Assembly: GCA_003344405.1 (NCBI GenBank)
Contig: NOWV01000018.1
Coordinates: 124,001 to 188,000, forward strand
Length of the DNA stretch: 64,000 nt
Source of the DNA: Trichoplax sp. H2
Taxonomy: Eukaryota
Direction: 5' to 3'
The notes under the pieces were generated by a model. It did no database searches. It saw nothing but the letters and a program-made list of their open reading frames with translations, and was not told the DNA's origin. How positions within the stretch are numbered: position 1 is the stretch's first letter; every line of letters starts with the position of its first letter. Positions 26,846-38,853 of this stretch are shown one piece after another. The position numbers and the translations under genes were made by a program.

Positions 26846-29800
26846 ATGGAAGGGGTCAATCTTCGTCAACGAAATTCACGCCCTTTAGATGAGCTAACCA
26901 AAAAGAAATCTACCTCTGGCGAGGGAGGTGAGCTACTCAATCACCGGCATGTGTAGAAATCTTTCCTCCTTTTTTTGTCTCCTAGTTAATCTGCTTATTA
27001 CACAGAAATTGACACTATCCAATTGGATCGAGTAGTACATAGAGTTGATCACTGATTCGCACGATTATCACCGTAGCCATGAGTTTACATAATCATTACA
27101 ATGTTTTTATAAATGGAAATTTGGTTTCGTTAAGGATATAGTCATTGAATACATTAGTCATCCTTGCATTTCCTGTTTTATAAACTTGACTCTCGCCCAA
27201 TTGTCCACTATTCCCATGCAGAAAGAAAGACATTCCATTTATAGCATAATACGGAACATAGCCGCCATATACAAGCTAAAAAAATGATACAATACAGACA
27301 GTATGTATACTACAGTACATCCTTCATGAATTGGGATATTGTCCAGTATCCAAGGTATTATAATGCGATAAATCTTCATCAATCTTTAGTCAAACAATTT
27401 AAACTGTTCGCAATCTATTGTTGTCGATGATTCGTATCTACTGTAGTAATTCATGTCATTATAGAATAGAAATAAGGAGTAGTTCAATCAAGTGTAAATT
27501 GATTGATGAACTTATTACACTTGTAGGGACACTAGAGATATTATGGAGACATTGACTTCCGTCATCGAGTAGGCTACGATAGGAATAAACTAATAGTCTC
27601 TCGATATTGTAGATATCGCTGCTAATGATAGATAGTACAAAAATGTGCGATTCTCCATCAACACATGGACCATGAATTTGTTCAGGGCATCCATTCTTTT
27701 TATGAACATTACAGACATAGTGTGTACATCTACTTCCATCATCGAGTAGGCTACGATAGAAATAAAGTAATATCCTCTCTAGAGTGTACACGTCGCTATC
27801 AATGACAGTACAAAAACGTACGATTCGACATTAATACGTCGACAATAAATTCGATCAAGATAAATCAGTTAATCTTTTATCAATTGTAGATTAATCATCA
27901 AAAAAAGAAAGGATTCTAGAATCGCCTAAACGACAAAATTTTATAGTAGTATTTGAGGAATGTCGATATTATTTTTCAACGGAATGATGGCCGCATTATA
28001 CTGTACATTGCAGTATAATCTGTTTGATGGACTTGCAGTATACGTGTGTATATATATACACACATATGGCAAAAATGAATCATCACTGAAAATGATGATA
28101 TAACACAGTGTTGTTTACAATACAATTACTTGTGATTGCAAATCACGCTAGACTTTGTGGTTGTCCTAAAACTGTAAAATCAAAGTCATTGGATAAAATG
28201 CCGCTCAAGGAGTTTACATAAGCTATAAACACCAATCGAGCAAACTTGGACAAATAAATACCGCTGTAGGGCAACTTTTGTCATCCTACGCATTATCAGC
28301 AATCTGCAATAACGAATGCCTTGCTAAAAGATAGAAGAGATACGCACTGTAGATAGAACTGTAATTTTAGACTATTGCTTGCAGAGTTTCAGTAATTGAT
28401 CTTACTCATCTAATTTTTCATCACCTTTTTCAACACTTTAGATAGAAAAAGTGCTCTATATCGCTTTACAACAGCAGGCAAATTGATCCTAACTGCTAAT
28501 CTATGGTATAATGCAATTCCTACACAAAATTGCGATGTCTTAGTCACCTTTCCAGAGAAAGCAGATGATTATGATGTCATGTGGATTTACAATAGAATAA
28601 CAAAAAGAGCTCCGCAATTACAAGTAACCGTACGCCGCCATGCTAATATTCCAGTATATGCCTTCTATATTACAGCAACCTTTGAGAATTTGCTACAAGC
28701 TGCTGAACAACTAAGTATGAGAAAACGACTCAAACAATCGCATGGTGGTGGTTGGAAAGAATTTAATTTAGAAGAATCTAAAATGTTTCTTAATATTGAA
28801 AACTCCAACGATTTCTTTACTACACGAGAACGTCAAACTATTGTCTTCAAAATGGTAGAAGAAATTCGAGCTGAACATGGGGATTCGGTCGGCAGACTTG
28901 TCTTGATTGAAGGAGAACCGATCGGTAAACTAAGTGTTATTTCATTCATTATCAACATACATGCTATTTTTGTCCTATTTATGCATTTACATATTATTAG
29001 CATTTTACACGTACTCATAGAGTCAGTATCTCAATCAATCGTATACCTTTAGCAGTAAACTATGTACTAGACGCATACAAGATATTCTCATAAACCACTA
29101 TCCTAAGTTTCCAAAATTTTATTTCCTAGTTCCCAAATGTTTATCTAAAGGCATTATAAAACAAATATTACCTCTCCATTCCAATACCGATTTAAAGAAA
29201 CTTGAAAAGGATTGGGTACAAGCATTTTTACGGCCTCAACCGTTAGGTAAAACCAAAAATGTGCAACTATTGTCCTATTTATTGTCAGGAGTTGCTGTAA
29301 CTATATACACCATACTCTTGCTTTATACAACCTAAACGTTATAATTAATCCATAGGCTAAATAAAGTAAAATTAGTCAATATCATTTACAATAATAAAGA
29401 CCTATGCCACCAAGCAAACAATAATAAACCCGGTGTATTTCTTTCACATATCCATTATAGATGAAATTAGCTCCTACTTTGGTGTTAAAATTGCCATGTA
29501 CTTCGGCTGGTTGGGTTTTTATACAAGATCATTAATAATACCAGCTATGATTGGTCTCTTATTCTATTTATTCGATACCGGTGATGCACTTTCACAAGTT
29601 ATTTTTGCTGTATTTAACATTATATGGGGTACAGTATTCTTGGAAGCCTGGAAAAGAAAAAGTCAAGAATACGCATATCGTTTTGGAACTTTAGATCTTC
29701 CTAACAATTTAGTCACAGAACCGAGGCCTTTATACCGGGTATTATAAAAATCTTCTGTAATTGAGGACATTTCCATTTTATAAGATAATTATACTAACCA

Positions 29801-31975
29801 TGTTAGTGTTACAATTTAGAAACTGAAACACTCATATGAACACAGTAGTATCAAACGATTAACTGTACAATTTTGCGCTAGGGAGACTATCAGCCTAGTC
29901 CCGTTACCGGAAGACTAGAACCTTACTTCCCTACTTGGAAACGAAGATTAATATACTGTGTCACCATTCCAGTTATATTATTTTGTATATCAGTGGTATT
30001 TGTGGTAATGCTTTTATGCTTTAAATTACAAGAATTTTTCAATGAACATGCACCTGCATGGACGGTCCATTTTCCTAAAATGTTATTAGCGTTATCAGTT
30101 TCTGTTATGGATGACGTTTATAAAAAAATTGCAGTTAAATTAAATGATTGGGGTAAGAAATTTTCAAAACTATAATCGTGTAATTATAATTTAATACTAA
30201 AAGTATAGATGTCCTCAAGTTACATAATGCCATCATTCGCCAGTGTTTTTCAATTTTACTAATTTCGGCCTTATTTCAATAGAAAATTATCGACTTGAAG
30301 AGACTTACGAGAATCACCTGATTGTAAAACTGCTTTTGGTAAAGTAGATGATTGTACAGTAAAATCTTAATAACATCACCCTTAACTGATCTATCATTCT
30401 TTCATACTCTCCTTCCTAGTTTCAATCTGTCAATTCTTTCTTGTCGCTGTTTTATATTGCATTTTACTTGCAAGATTTCCGTCGATTAAAACAGGTTAGC
30501 TACTAACATACGAGATAGATTACCATCTTCACATTTTATAGGATAATTATTGATGTAGCTTATCTCTATGAGCTACTGTAAACATTTCAAGTATTGCTAC
30601 AATATACTTTCATCTTAATTAAATTTTAATCACTTAAAAGCAATTGGTAGCATTGCTTATTGTTCGTCAAATTATTGGTAACATCAAAGAAGCATTGGTG
30701 CCATATGTTATGCAAAAAATAAAGTTTTATCGAATGTCGAAAAAGATGGAAAAACTCGAACAGCAATTATTAGAGAAACATAACAAGGGAGGCGATGAAA
30801 CTGAAGTAGAAGATAAGACTATGCTTACGCAAGCTGAAGTAGAGTGCCAAATGAAAGAATACGAGGTACTCTATTAATCATTCGGTAATTGAATACAGAT
30901 AGCGACTTTGTTTGAAGTACTGAGATTTCAATATCTCTCTACTCAACACTAGGACACCTTGGAAGATTATGCAGAAATGTTCATTCAATTTGGTTATGTT
31001 GTCCTTTTTTCATCCGCATTTCCACTTGCTGCGGTTTGTGCACTTCTTAATAATGTCATTGAAATAAGAAGTGATGCGTTCAAACTATGTAGCTCGTTTC
31101 AAAGACCATTTTCTCAAAGTGTTCGTGGAATCGGCGAGTGGCAGGTAGTAAACATGTACTAGATTTACGTATTACAAGATCATACCTTAATGCACCACAA
31201 TTTTTCTATGATTTTCGATAGGACATCTTACATTTCTACTTAATTGTTAATTTAAAATTGTCACTAGTTCATATCGAGATTCAATTTAATTATTAAAATA
31301 CGCGTATAATCATTAAAGCACAGTGGCTATCTACATTGTTGCTAGTCAAACTAAATAGTAAAAATTTTTACTAGTTTGCTCTAGAATCAATGGGCAACGT
31401 TGCAGTAATGGTTAATTGTGCATTACTTGCACTATCTGGTATCTTTCAAAAAATTTACCCCGGAATTACTCCTGTGGGAGTGGTAATGGTAACCATACTC
31501 CTTGAGGTGCTTAGTTATTGTTGTAAAAATGACCAGTTACAATTTTATGAATTAATATACGTAAGACATTATACGATCATACTAAGATGATTACTGTATG
31601 TCGTAATTTTTTTGTACTCCACTAGCATCTTGTCTTCGCGATCAAGATTTTGGTAGAGAAAGCAATTCCGGATGTCCCGGAATGGATTGAAACAGAATTG
31701 GCTAAATTAGAATACAGAAGAAGGACTGCATACATGGTTATTATATTGTATACATTAATACGTATCATATATATGGTTTCTTGTAGCTCCTTAACCAGTT
31801 TGATCGATAAATGAATACCACAATGTACATTAATTTACTCGTATTTACCGTATTGTATCCTTATTACTAAAACATAAAATAGGAATCTCAAACGGCGAAG
31901 CGCCGCAGCAACTCACCAGTAGTAAATGATGTACCCTCCGGAAATACCTCGGAAGAAGCTGGAGTACAACTATAG
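26846..31975 (+). CDS. ANO8: Anoctamin-8-like (TMEM16H) membrane protein, multi-exon
   Basis: Exon 1 26846-26927 ([10 protein letters not shown]..., phase 1) joins in frame to 28442. [39 protein letters not shown] and [22 protein letters not shown] match recalled ANO8 N-terminal motifs. Also [37 protein letters not shown] at 31973-31975. Confidence 0.88.
27545..27865. repeat. Diverged tandem duplication (about 177-bp period) in ANO8 intron 1
   Basis: CATCGAGTAGGCTACGATAG at 27563 and 27740, with collinear downstream similarity. Confidence 0.8.
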
Positions 31976-32732
31976 TTGTACTCCCGTCATCGTCAGCTTA
32001 ATTTGATCATATTAACTGCTTTCACAATTTTGAATTCATCACGTTCGGCTCAGAATTCCGTGTGTTTTACTTTATTTCGTAATTATCCAAACTGAGCACA
32101 ACAAGCTAGTCTATTTTCAATATTTAAATTTTAATAGTACAAAATTACTACAAATAAATGGTGTCATAATCAACAGAGATTACATGCAATACTGTGTTAA
32201 AGGTAGCTTTAGATGTACCGAAATTTTTATTTATTCAATGTTCTAAGTATAGATTCTACACTTACATATATTTGAAAAGGTAACGCATAAAGGGAATTTT
32301 TATAGCTGCTATAAGAATCGTCCATGATCCATCTTAATTTTTATCACACAAATTATTTTACACTCCACTCTGAGTATGGCAAGTATATACGCGTATTTTA
32401 GCAATCGATGGTTTATGTTCAAGCCGGTTTATATTTACTAATTTATTCTTACTATCAATCATGGTAATAACAATAAATGTTGAAGGTTATATTATCAAAT
32501 ATTTACGCTGAACAGAGTGGTGTATTTAAGTATTAAATCATGCAATTATATTACAATTCTGTACCGGAGTTTGTTAGGTGAGTGATAAGTTATCTAGTGT
32601 ATTGATTGATACTACTAGCAAGAACAAATATCTCAAGGTAACCATCGCTCATTCATAATACTATTTCAGCATACGATTACTACACTGGAACATGTAATAT
32701 TTTTATAAAACAACATGTAGCGATAGCTTATA

Positions 32733-35544
32733 TTAGTAGCAAGATTGCAGGAGATAACGTGTTACTCTATTACGCTTGAGGACAACTATCCTATCCGTAT
32801 GCCGTAAGACAGTAATAGCATTCTTTGTGCTAAGATCCATTTTAAGTTTTCCATTTTCACGAAGATCCTCATCGGTAATGAAAATGAAGCCTACAGAATT
32901 GAAAGTTTCTACTAGCTTTAGAACATGATTATCGGCTAGCTACCAACGTTTTACGCTTTTTAATATATATACACTACGTTTACGTACAATAAAATTAATA
33001 GTTATACTGTGATTGTATTATTTGTATACAGTATTTTCACAGAATGGATTTATTTATAACAGTTTCTTGCCTGCAGTTTCGTCACATTCGGCATCCTTGA
33101 ATTTCTAATTTACGTAAAGGAAAAATGTCAAAGGCGTGGTATTACAAATATGCATCAATTAGTTAGCCTTCTACCAATCAGTCATTCATGTTTACCCTGA
33201 ATTTAGCCAACGTTTGCTGATTCATAGCTGACTTTGGTTTATTTAAAATTTTATATTTAATACGTGCAACTTTTAGGAGATTTTCCAGTGTTGAATTAAC
33301 AAATTTTAATGACAATCGGCCCCTGATGTAGCTAAAGATTCGAATATCCGATACAAATCAATTAAAATATGACTAAAAAATCATAACTTGACCTAACAAC
33401 AATACAGCAATTACGAAAATCTTTTCAAGTACTAGCTAATTTGTTTTGTTCATATATCACCATAGCTTGCAATTGAAGCTACCCTAATTTGCCTTACTGT
33501 GGTATTGAATCCAATTCTTCAGGGGTTACAAGTTCAATTGCAGGAAGAATGCCTTGTTTCTTGTTTACTTCAGTATTACATACTGGTATATTCGAAGCTG
33601 GCTCATCCTTTACGTTTTCTTTTTCATCCTCACACGTTGAACTATTGTATCAGTAGAAAGTGTTAAGCCTTTACTGAGCTGCAATTATGTTTAATAAGAC
33701 TTAACGTAGTAAATATGAACATTATTATCAATTATGCTGCAACTCTTCCTACAGTACTACCTATGATGTATAAGTGATCCTGTTTTACTTAACGCTAAAC
33801 TACTCTATTTTATTATTCCATATCCTATAACCTTATGATGCAAATTATCATGTAATTAGTCTACAGTAAGTATAGCGTAGTTTTTTCGTCATTTTTTGCA
33901 TTTCTTATTCTTTGCTCGGCACTATTCTACGTGATACTTTGCAGTATATCTAGAGATGCACAGATAGATGATGCTTATCCAACATTAAATCTACCCCGCA
34001 TGTATTGCCTATATGATAACGAGCTAATGATATGTACTATTGCCTGGATAGTATAAATATAAGGTACAGTATTTCTTTCTTTTAAAATCATACATTTGCC
34101 GAAATTAATTTTACATGCTATCATTCTAATACCCGATCCGTATATAAACAATTTTAATCCTTAAACAATATCTATTTTTTTAATTTTAATAAGCTAGGTA
34201 GAGCAGAAACCAAAAATCCATATATATCAATAGAAAGACGATAATGTACGTCGCGGTCATTAGTTACAGTAGATACCTTACTGTCGATAGCCTTTCTAAA
34301 AGTTTAGCCGGTACATTGGCCTCTAGATGTTTGAAAGATTCCAAATTTGTCTTTAAATCTTGTTCTAATTTCTGTAATAGTGCGAATGTATACAATCAGT
34401 CCTATCATGTAAGCACTTGACTTCAAAATATTAAATCTAGAAAGTCATATAAGTCACAAGACTACTTGAATCATGCAGTCTATATCTCAAAATATTAATT
34501 TCCGAATGTGATAAATAATGGCCATCTATCGTAAATTTGCAGCGTAAGTGTATACTGTATACGTTAGGTGTTCATCTATCTTAAAATAATCTACTAAATA
34601 CTCCACAAGTTGTTCAATTCGATATTAGAGGAGTAAATGCAAACCAGAGCTTGGTTAATAATTTCTAATTTACCGTGTTTACAAAACGGAGAAAAATAAT
34701 CATCATGATCATTATACGAGTATTATTAACCTTGGCTTCTCCAATTGCATCTTTTTCACGCTGGATACATTGACTAAATTGCTGCAATAGTTGATCAATC
34801 TTATCCAATTCATGGCTTACTAACTTTAACTCTTGAAGGATCTTATCTTTATTGGCACCTAAAAGATAATTAAATATATTACGATTCTCTTTTTAACTCT
34901 ATTTGATCCAAATACATCATGCACTCTAGTAATCGAATACATCGTACGATTCTGTACTCTAAGAATACAAGTTAACATGTTCTTTCTCATCAACATTGCA
35001 CTGTCAGGGGCTAAATCTACGTTGATCGTTAATATGTAAGGGACAGTGAAATACGAGTACAGTACTGAGATGTAGTAAGAGAATCGCCATCATCATGTCG
35101 TACTGTATTTCTGTGTCTATAGCAGTAGGACACCGCCGCGTCTAAGATGTTGCTCCGTTTCATCAAGTACCACTATAAAATCTATCTTGTCCAGTTATAC
35201 AATCCAATAAACAGCATGGAGACCACAAAGGTGAGAATAAAAGTAATATAACTTGGAGTAAACACAGATAGTATTCCTAGTAAGAGATCATTTTCTACAT
35301 CCGTAGATAGCTAATTGAACTAGACGATGTGGAGGAAAATGGTTTAACGGTACATAAATAAAGCTAAATAATTTTTTCAATCGTGGAGAAGACGCAACAG
35401 CTATTTCCTAAGAGAAAATATCTTCATCTCCTTCCACAAATACTCACCCTTTGAATCTTGGCTATGATTTAGATACGCCAATACTCTTAAATGTTCATCT
35501 TTAGCTTGAAAATAACTGGTTAACTGAGAAAGAGCATTGGCCAT
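32733..35544 (-). CDS. SKA1: Spindle and kinetochore-associated protein 1 (7 exons; not in the ORF track)
   Basis: Spliced product: N-terminal coiled coil (MANALSQLTSYFQAKDEHL...HLEANVPAKL), then the microtubule-binding domain IELVTPEELDSIPHYIRGRLSLKFVN..KYKILNKPKSAMN..FITDEDLRE..ITVLRHTDRI..VTRYLL. This matches recalled SKA1 (FITCDEFNGVPSYMKSRLT..KYKILHQPKKSMN..ILRHCRRL..LTRY). Confidence 0.88.
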
Positions 35545-36134
35545 TTCCGTATTTTCGATTCGATAGGCTTATTTAACGAAATTAAGAACGAATCAATCAA
35601 TCTTCCGATGTTACCTTCAATTTCAGATCAAGATATCAAAGAAACCAGTACAGTATTTACTCGATTGACTTAAGACTAAGCAACGATGGTAATATCATGT
35701 CATGGGATCAGTATATATCGATCGGGGGAATTATCCAGATTTTTATTTACAAAATGCTGTCTCTAAATAATAATTTTATGGAGGAAAAAACTGCTTCCTA
35801 CTGCCACTTTGATGCTTGCTCAGCTACTACGTTTGGTGCTAGGTGCTACTATACCGATACAGTACTCTCCAGTCATATCAACTTCTAGCAATAAACAGCG
35901 AAAAGGGTTCCTGTATCACTTTCTTGTAACAGCAAGACCGCGAATTTTTGAAAATCACGTGATCGGCACCGGGTGGATGGGCGGACAGCCTCATCTCGTC
36001 CTAGTTCGGTTGCAAACACTTGGATTCATTATGAGGTCAGTATGGGAAATGCTCGTCTCCGAATTTGACTTCCTTTTCTAAAGAAATACTATACGAAATC
36101 TCTTCCATTTTATTACTCTTTAGCTCCCAAGCTA

Positions 36135-36975
36135 TACAGTACTACAGCCATTATGTAGTGATAGTCCAGAAATCGACTAAAAAGGTCGCAAAAGTAACAA
36201 CAAACTTAAATAGATATTGCGTCTTGAGTCATCGTACAACCATTTATAGCTCACAGCTGGTCGGATGTACAGTACTATACTACAGCAATGATGCAGTGAT
36301 AGTCCAGAAATCGACTAAAAAAGGTCGCAAAAGTAGAAGAAACTTAAATAGATATTGCGTCTTGAGTCATCGTACAACCATTTATAGCTCACAGCTGGTC
36401 GGATGTACAGTACTATACTACAGCAATGATGCAGTGATAGTCCAGAAATCGACTAAAAAAGGTCGCAAAAGTACAACAAACTTACATAGATATTGCGTCT
36501 TGAGTCATCGTACAACCATTTATAGCTCACAGCTGGTCGGATGTACAGTACTATACTACAACTATTATGCAGTGATAGTCCAGAAATCGACTAAAAAAGG
36601 TCGCAAAAGTAGAAGAAACTTAAATAGATATTGCGTCTTGAGTCATCGTACAACCATTTATAGCTCACAGCTGGTCGGATGTACAGTACTATACTACAGC
36701 TATTATGCAGCGATAGTCCAGAAATCGACTAAAAAAGGTCGCAAAAGTACAACAAACTTAAATAGATATTGCGTCTTGAGTCATCGTACAACCATTTATA
36801 GCTCACAGCTGGTCGGATGTACACTCATTGTACAGTACTATACTACAGCTATTATGCAGTGATAGTCCAGAAATCGACTAAAAAAGGTCGCAAAAGTACA
36901 ACAAACTTAAATAGATATTGCGTCTTGAGTCATCGTACTACCATTTATAGCTCACAGCTGGTTGGATGTATAGTA
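36135..36975. repeat. Tandem array, six copies of a 138-bp unit
   Basis: GATAGTCCAGAAATCGACTAAAAA at 36160, 36298, 36436, 36574, 36712 and 36861. The last interval is 149 bp because of an 11-bp insertion. Confidence 0.97.
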
Positions 36976-38853
36976 CTGTTATTCCTTACAATTGGTTATA
37001 TTGCGGTATTATACTGTAAGGTGATACCACCACGTGACTACCTTATAGACTTGTTATTACCATGGATACCATACCGTAGCAGCTAATTCTGATGTCAATC
37101 GTAGACAATATACAGTAGTATACAAGTCTAGTTGCAGATATGCGATGCAGCTGAAATCAACCGGTAAAATAATCGGCCTGCACATTTTTAGTATAGTGAA
37201 CGACCGCTTTCCATAAAATTTTTAGGCTTTGCAAATGTATATTTTACCCAAAGATAGCTGACTGTAGCAGATAGTTAACAGGTAGTGTACAGGAGAGACT
37301 ACTTAGCACTTTCTAACACTATAACAAAACAACACGAAAACGTTCGCCATTGACCTAAATAATGTGACAGTAGTTATCGCAAAATAGTTTAACTGTCGAG
37401 AATCTCCTTCATGTTCACATTAACCTTAATTCAATAGAGTCGCACCTTAATTAAAGGACTGTCAATAAATGTTGTCATAGCCATGGCTAATATAGTATTA
37501 TAGAAGGAAATGTTGGCTTTTCCGTCAGTCCAATTATTGCTCAAGCAGAGATTAATATCTTGTGATTTTAAACTTAGGGTAGTATCTTAACTACGAGAAA
37601 GATGTAAACCAGAGTCCTCCAATGGAGCGAAAACGCAATTCGAACCCGATCAAATTGGTCATTTTTTAACCCGAAATGAGTACAATCGCGATAAAAACAC
37701 TGTATCACCACAGAGATTCTTAACCCGAATCCCGCCCTCGAGTCAGGTTCAAGTCGGGTTTCGGATTGACTTTGCAGGATACTGATGTGAATCTTTCAAA
37801 TGAAAGCATGATCTACAATATGGGATGATGTTGATGGCTCTTTATCCTTCTAAGCTACCTCACATAATCGAGACTGTTGCATTTTTTTTTTTCAATGCCA
37901 TCACTCAATCTGCAACTTACTATATCAATTCAATATTGTCAGGAAAAATAAGTACTAAAAAGAAAACAGTCCTTTGATTCCGTGAATGACAGCTATAGAC
38001 TCCCTCTACAACAACAATATAGTACGGTAGTTATCCCATGCTTCAGGGCTAGCATTGGGCTGCGCTGTTTACTTGCATGGCCTGATAGAATCGTTGGAGA
38101 AATGCCTTTTCCTTATGAACGCTACGTAGCATAAGTACAAACTTGGGAGTTTCTACTATCTACTTTCGATACTGTTGTTGGTAAATCAACCAACAAATGA
38201 TGCAGTTCCGTAAACAACTCGAGATTATTCTAAGGCGGACTTTAAATCTTCAACACGTTGTGTATGTAACATGCATTATGCAGCGGACTCAAATTGAAGA
38301 ACTGATATAGCAGTTCAACTACATGATCGGTATGAAAACTTCCTAGGAAGAAAAAAAGGGGTGCTACCCATGATGTTCGCATGGCAGGTGTGGTAAATGC
38401 TAACCAAATCAAATAATTTACTACTATATTCAGTACTGTACAACATAAGAGTTTGATCTTTATAACATCGTATCAGGCCTCCATGTCCACTCCACCCTCT
38501 TAGTATCAATTGCTGTATTTCAATTCTAAACTCTATTCCTGGACTACAATCCTATCCATTCGTTAAATGAATAAATAATTCGGAAACGGCGTTCTATTTC
38601 TAAGTATTCCAATCATAAATTGTATTCGATACATATACTCGCACATATAATAATCTTCGACGTAGAATAAAATACTTAAATTGAAATACGCGTAAAAGAA
38701 ATCGTACTGTGGAAAAACGAAGCGTAACTTTCCAAACTGGATTGTTATATTCAGTACTGTGGTATACGTAACAACTTATAAGTATCAAATTATTCCATCC
38801 TTAAAAAAAAGCTGGTCACGAAATTGGAAAATCGATTAAAAAGGGATCTAGTT

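Noticed and set aside
27459-27791. 110-aa minus-strand ORF with a repeated YRSLLDDGS
   Set aside because: It is explained by the 177-bp (59-codon) intronic duplication and has no start context or homology.
36065-37086. 265-aa and 89-aa ORFs with repeated peptides; also considered as a CRISPR array
   Set aside because: The ORFs arise because the repeat unit is 138 bp (46 codons) with one stop-free frame. The units are near-identical along their full length with no unique spacers, and there are no cas genes.
37735-37765. GGTTCAAGTC resembling a tRNA B box
   Set aside because: No A box, acceptor stem or cloverleaf can be built around it.
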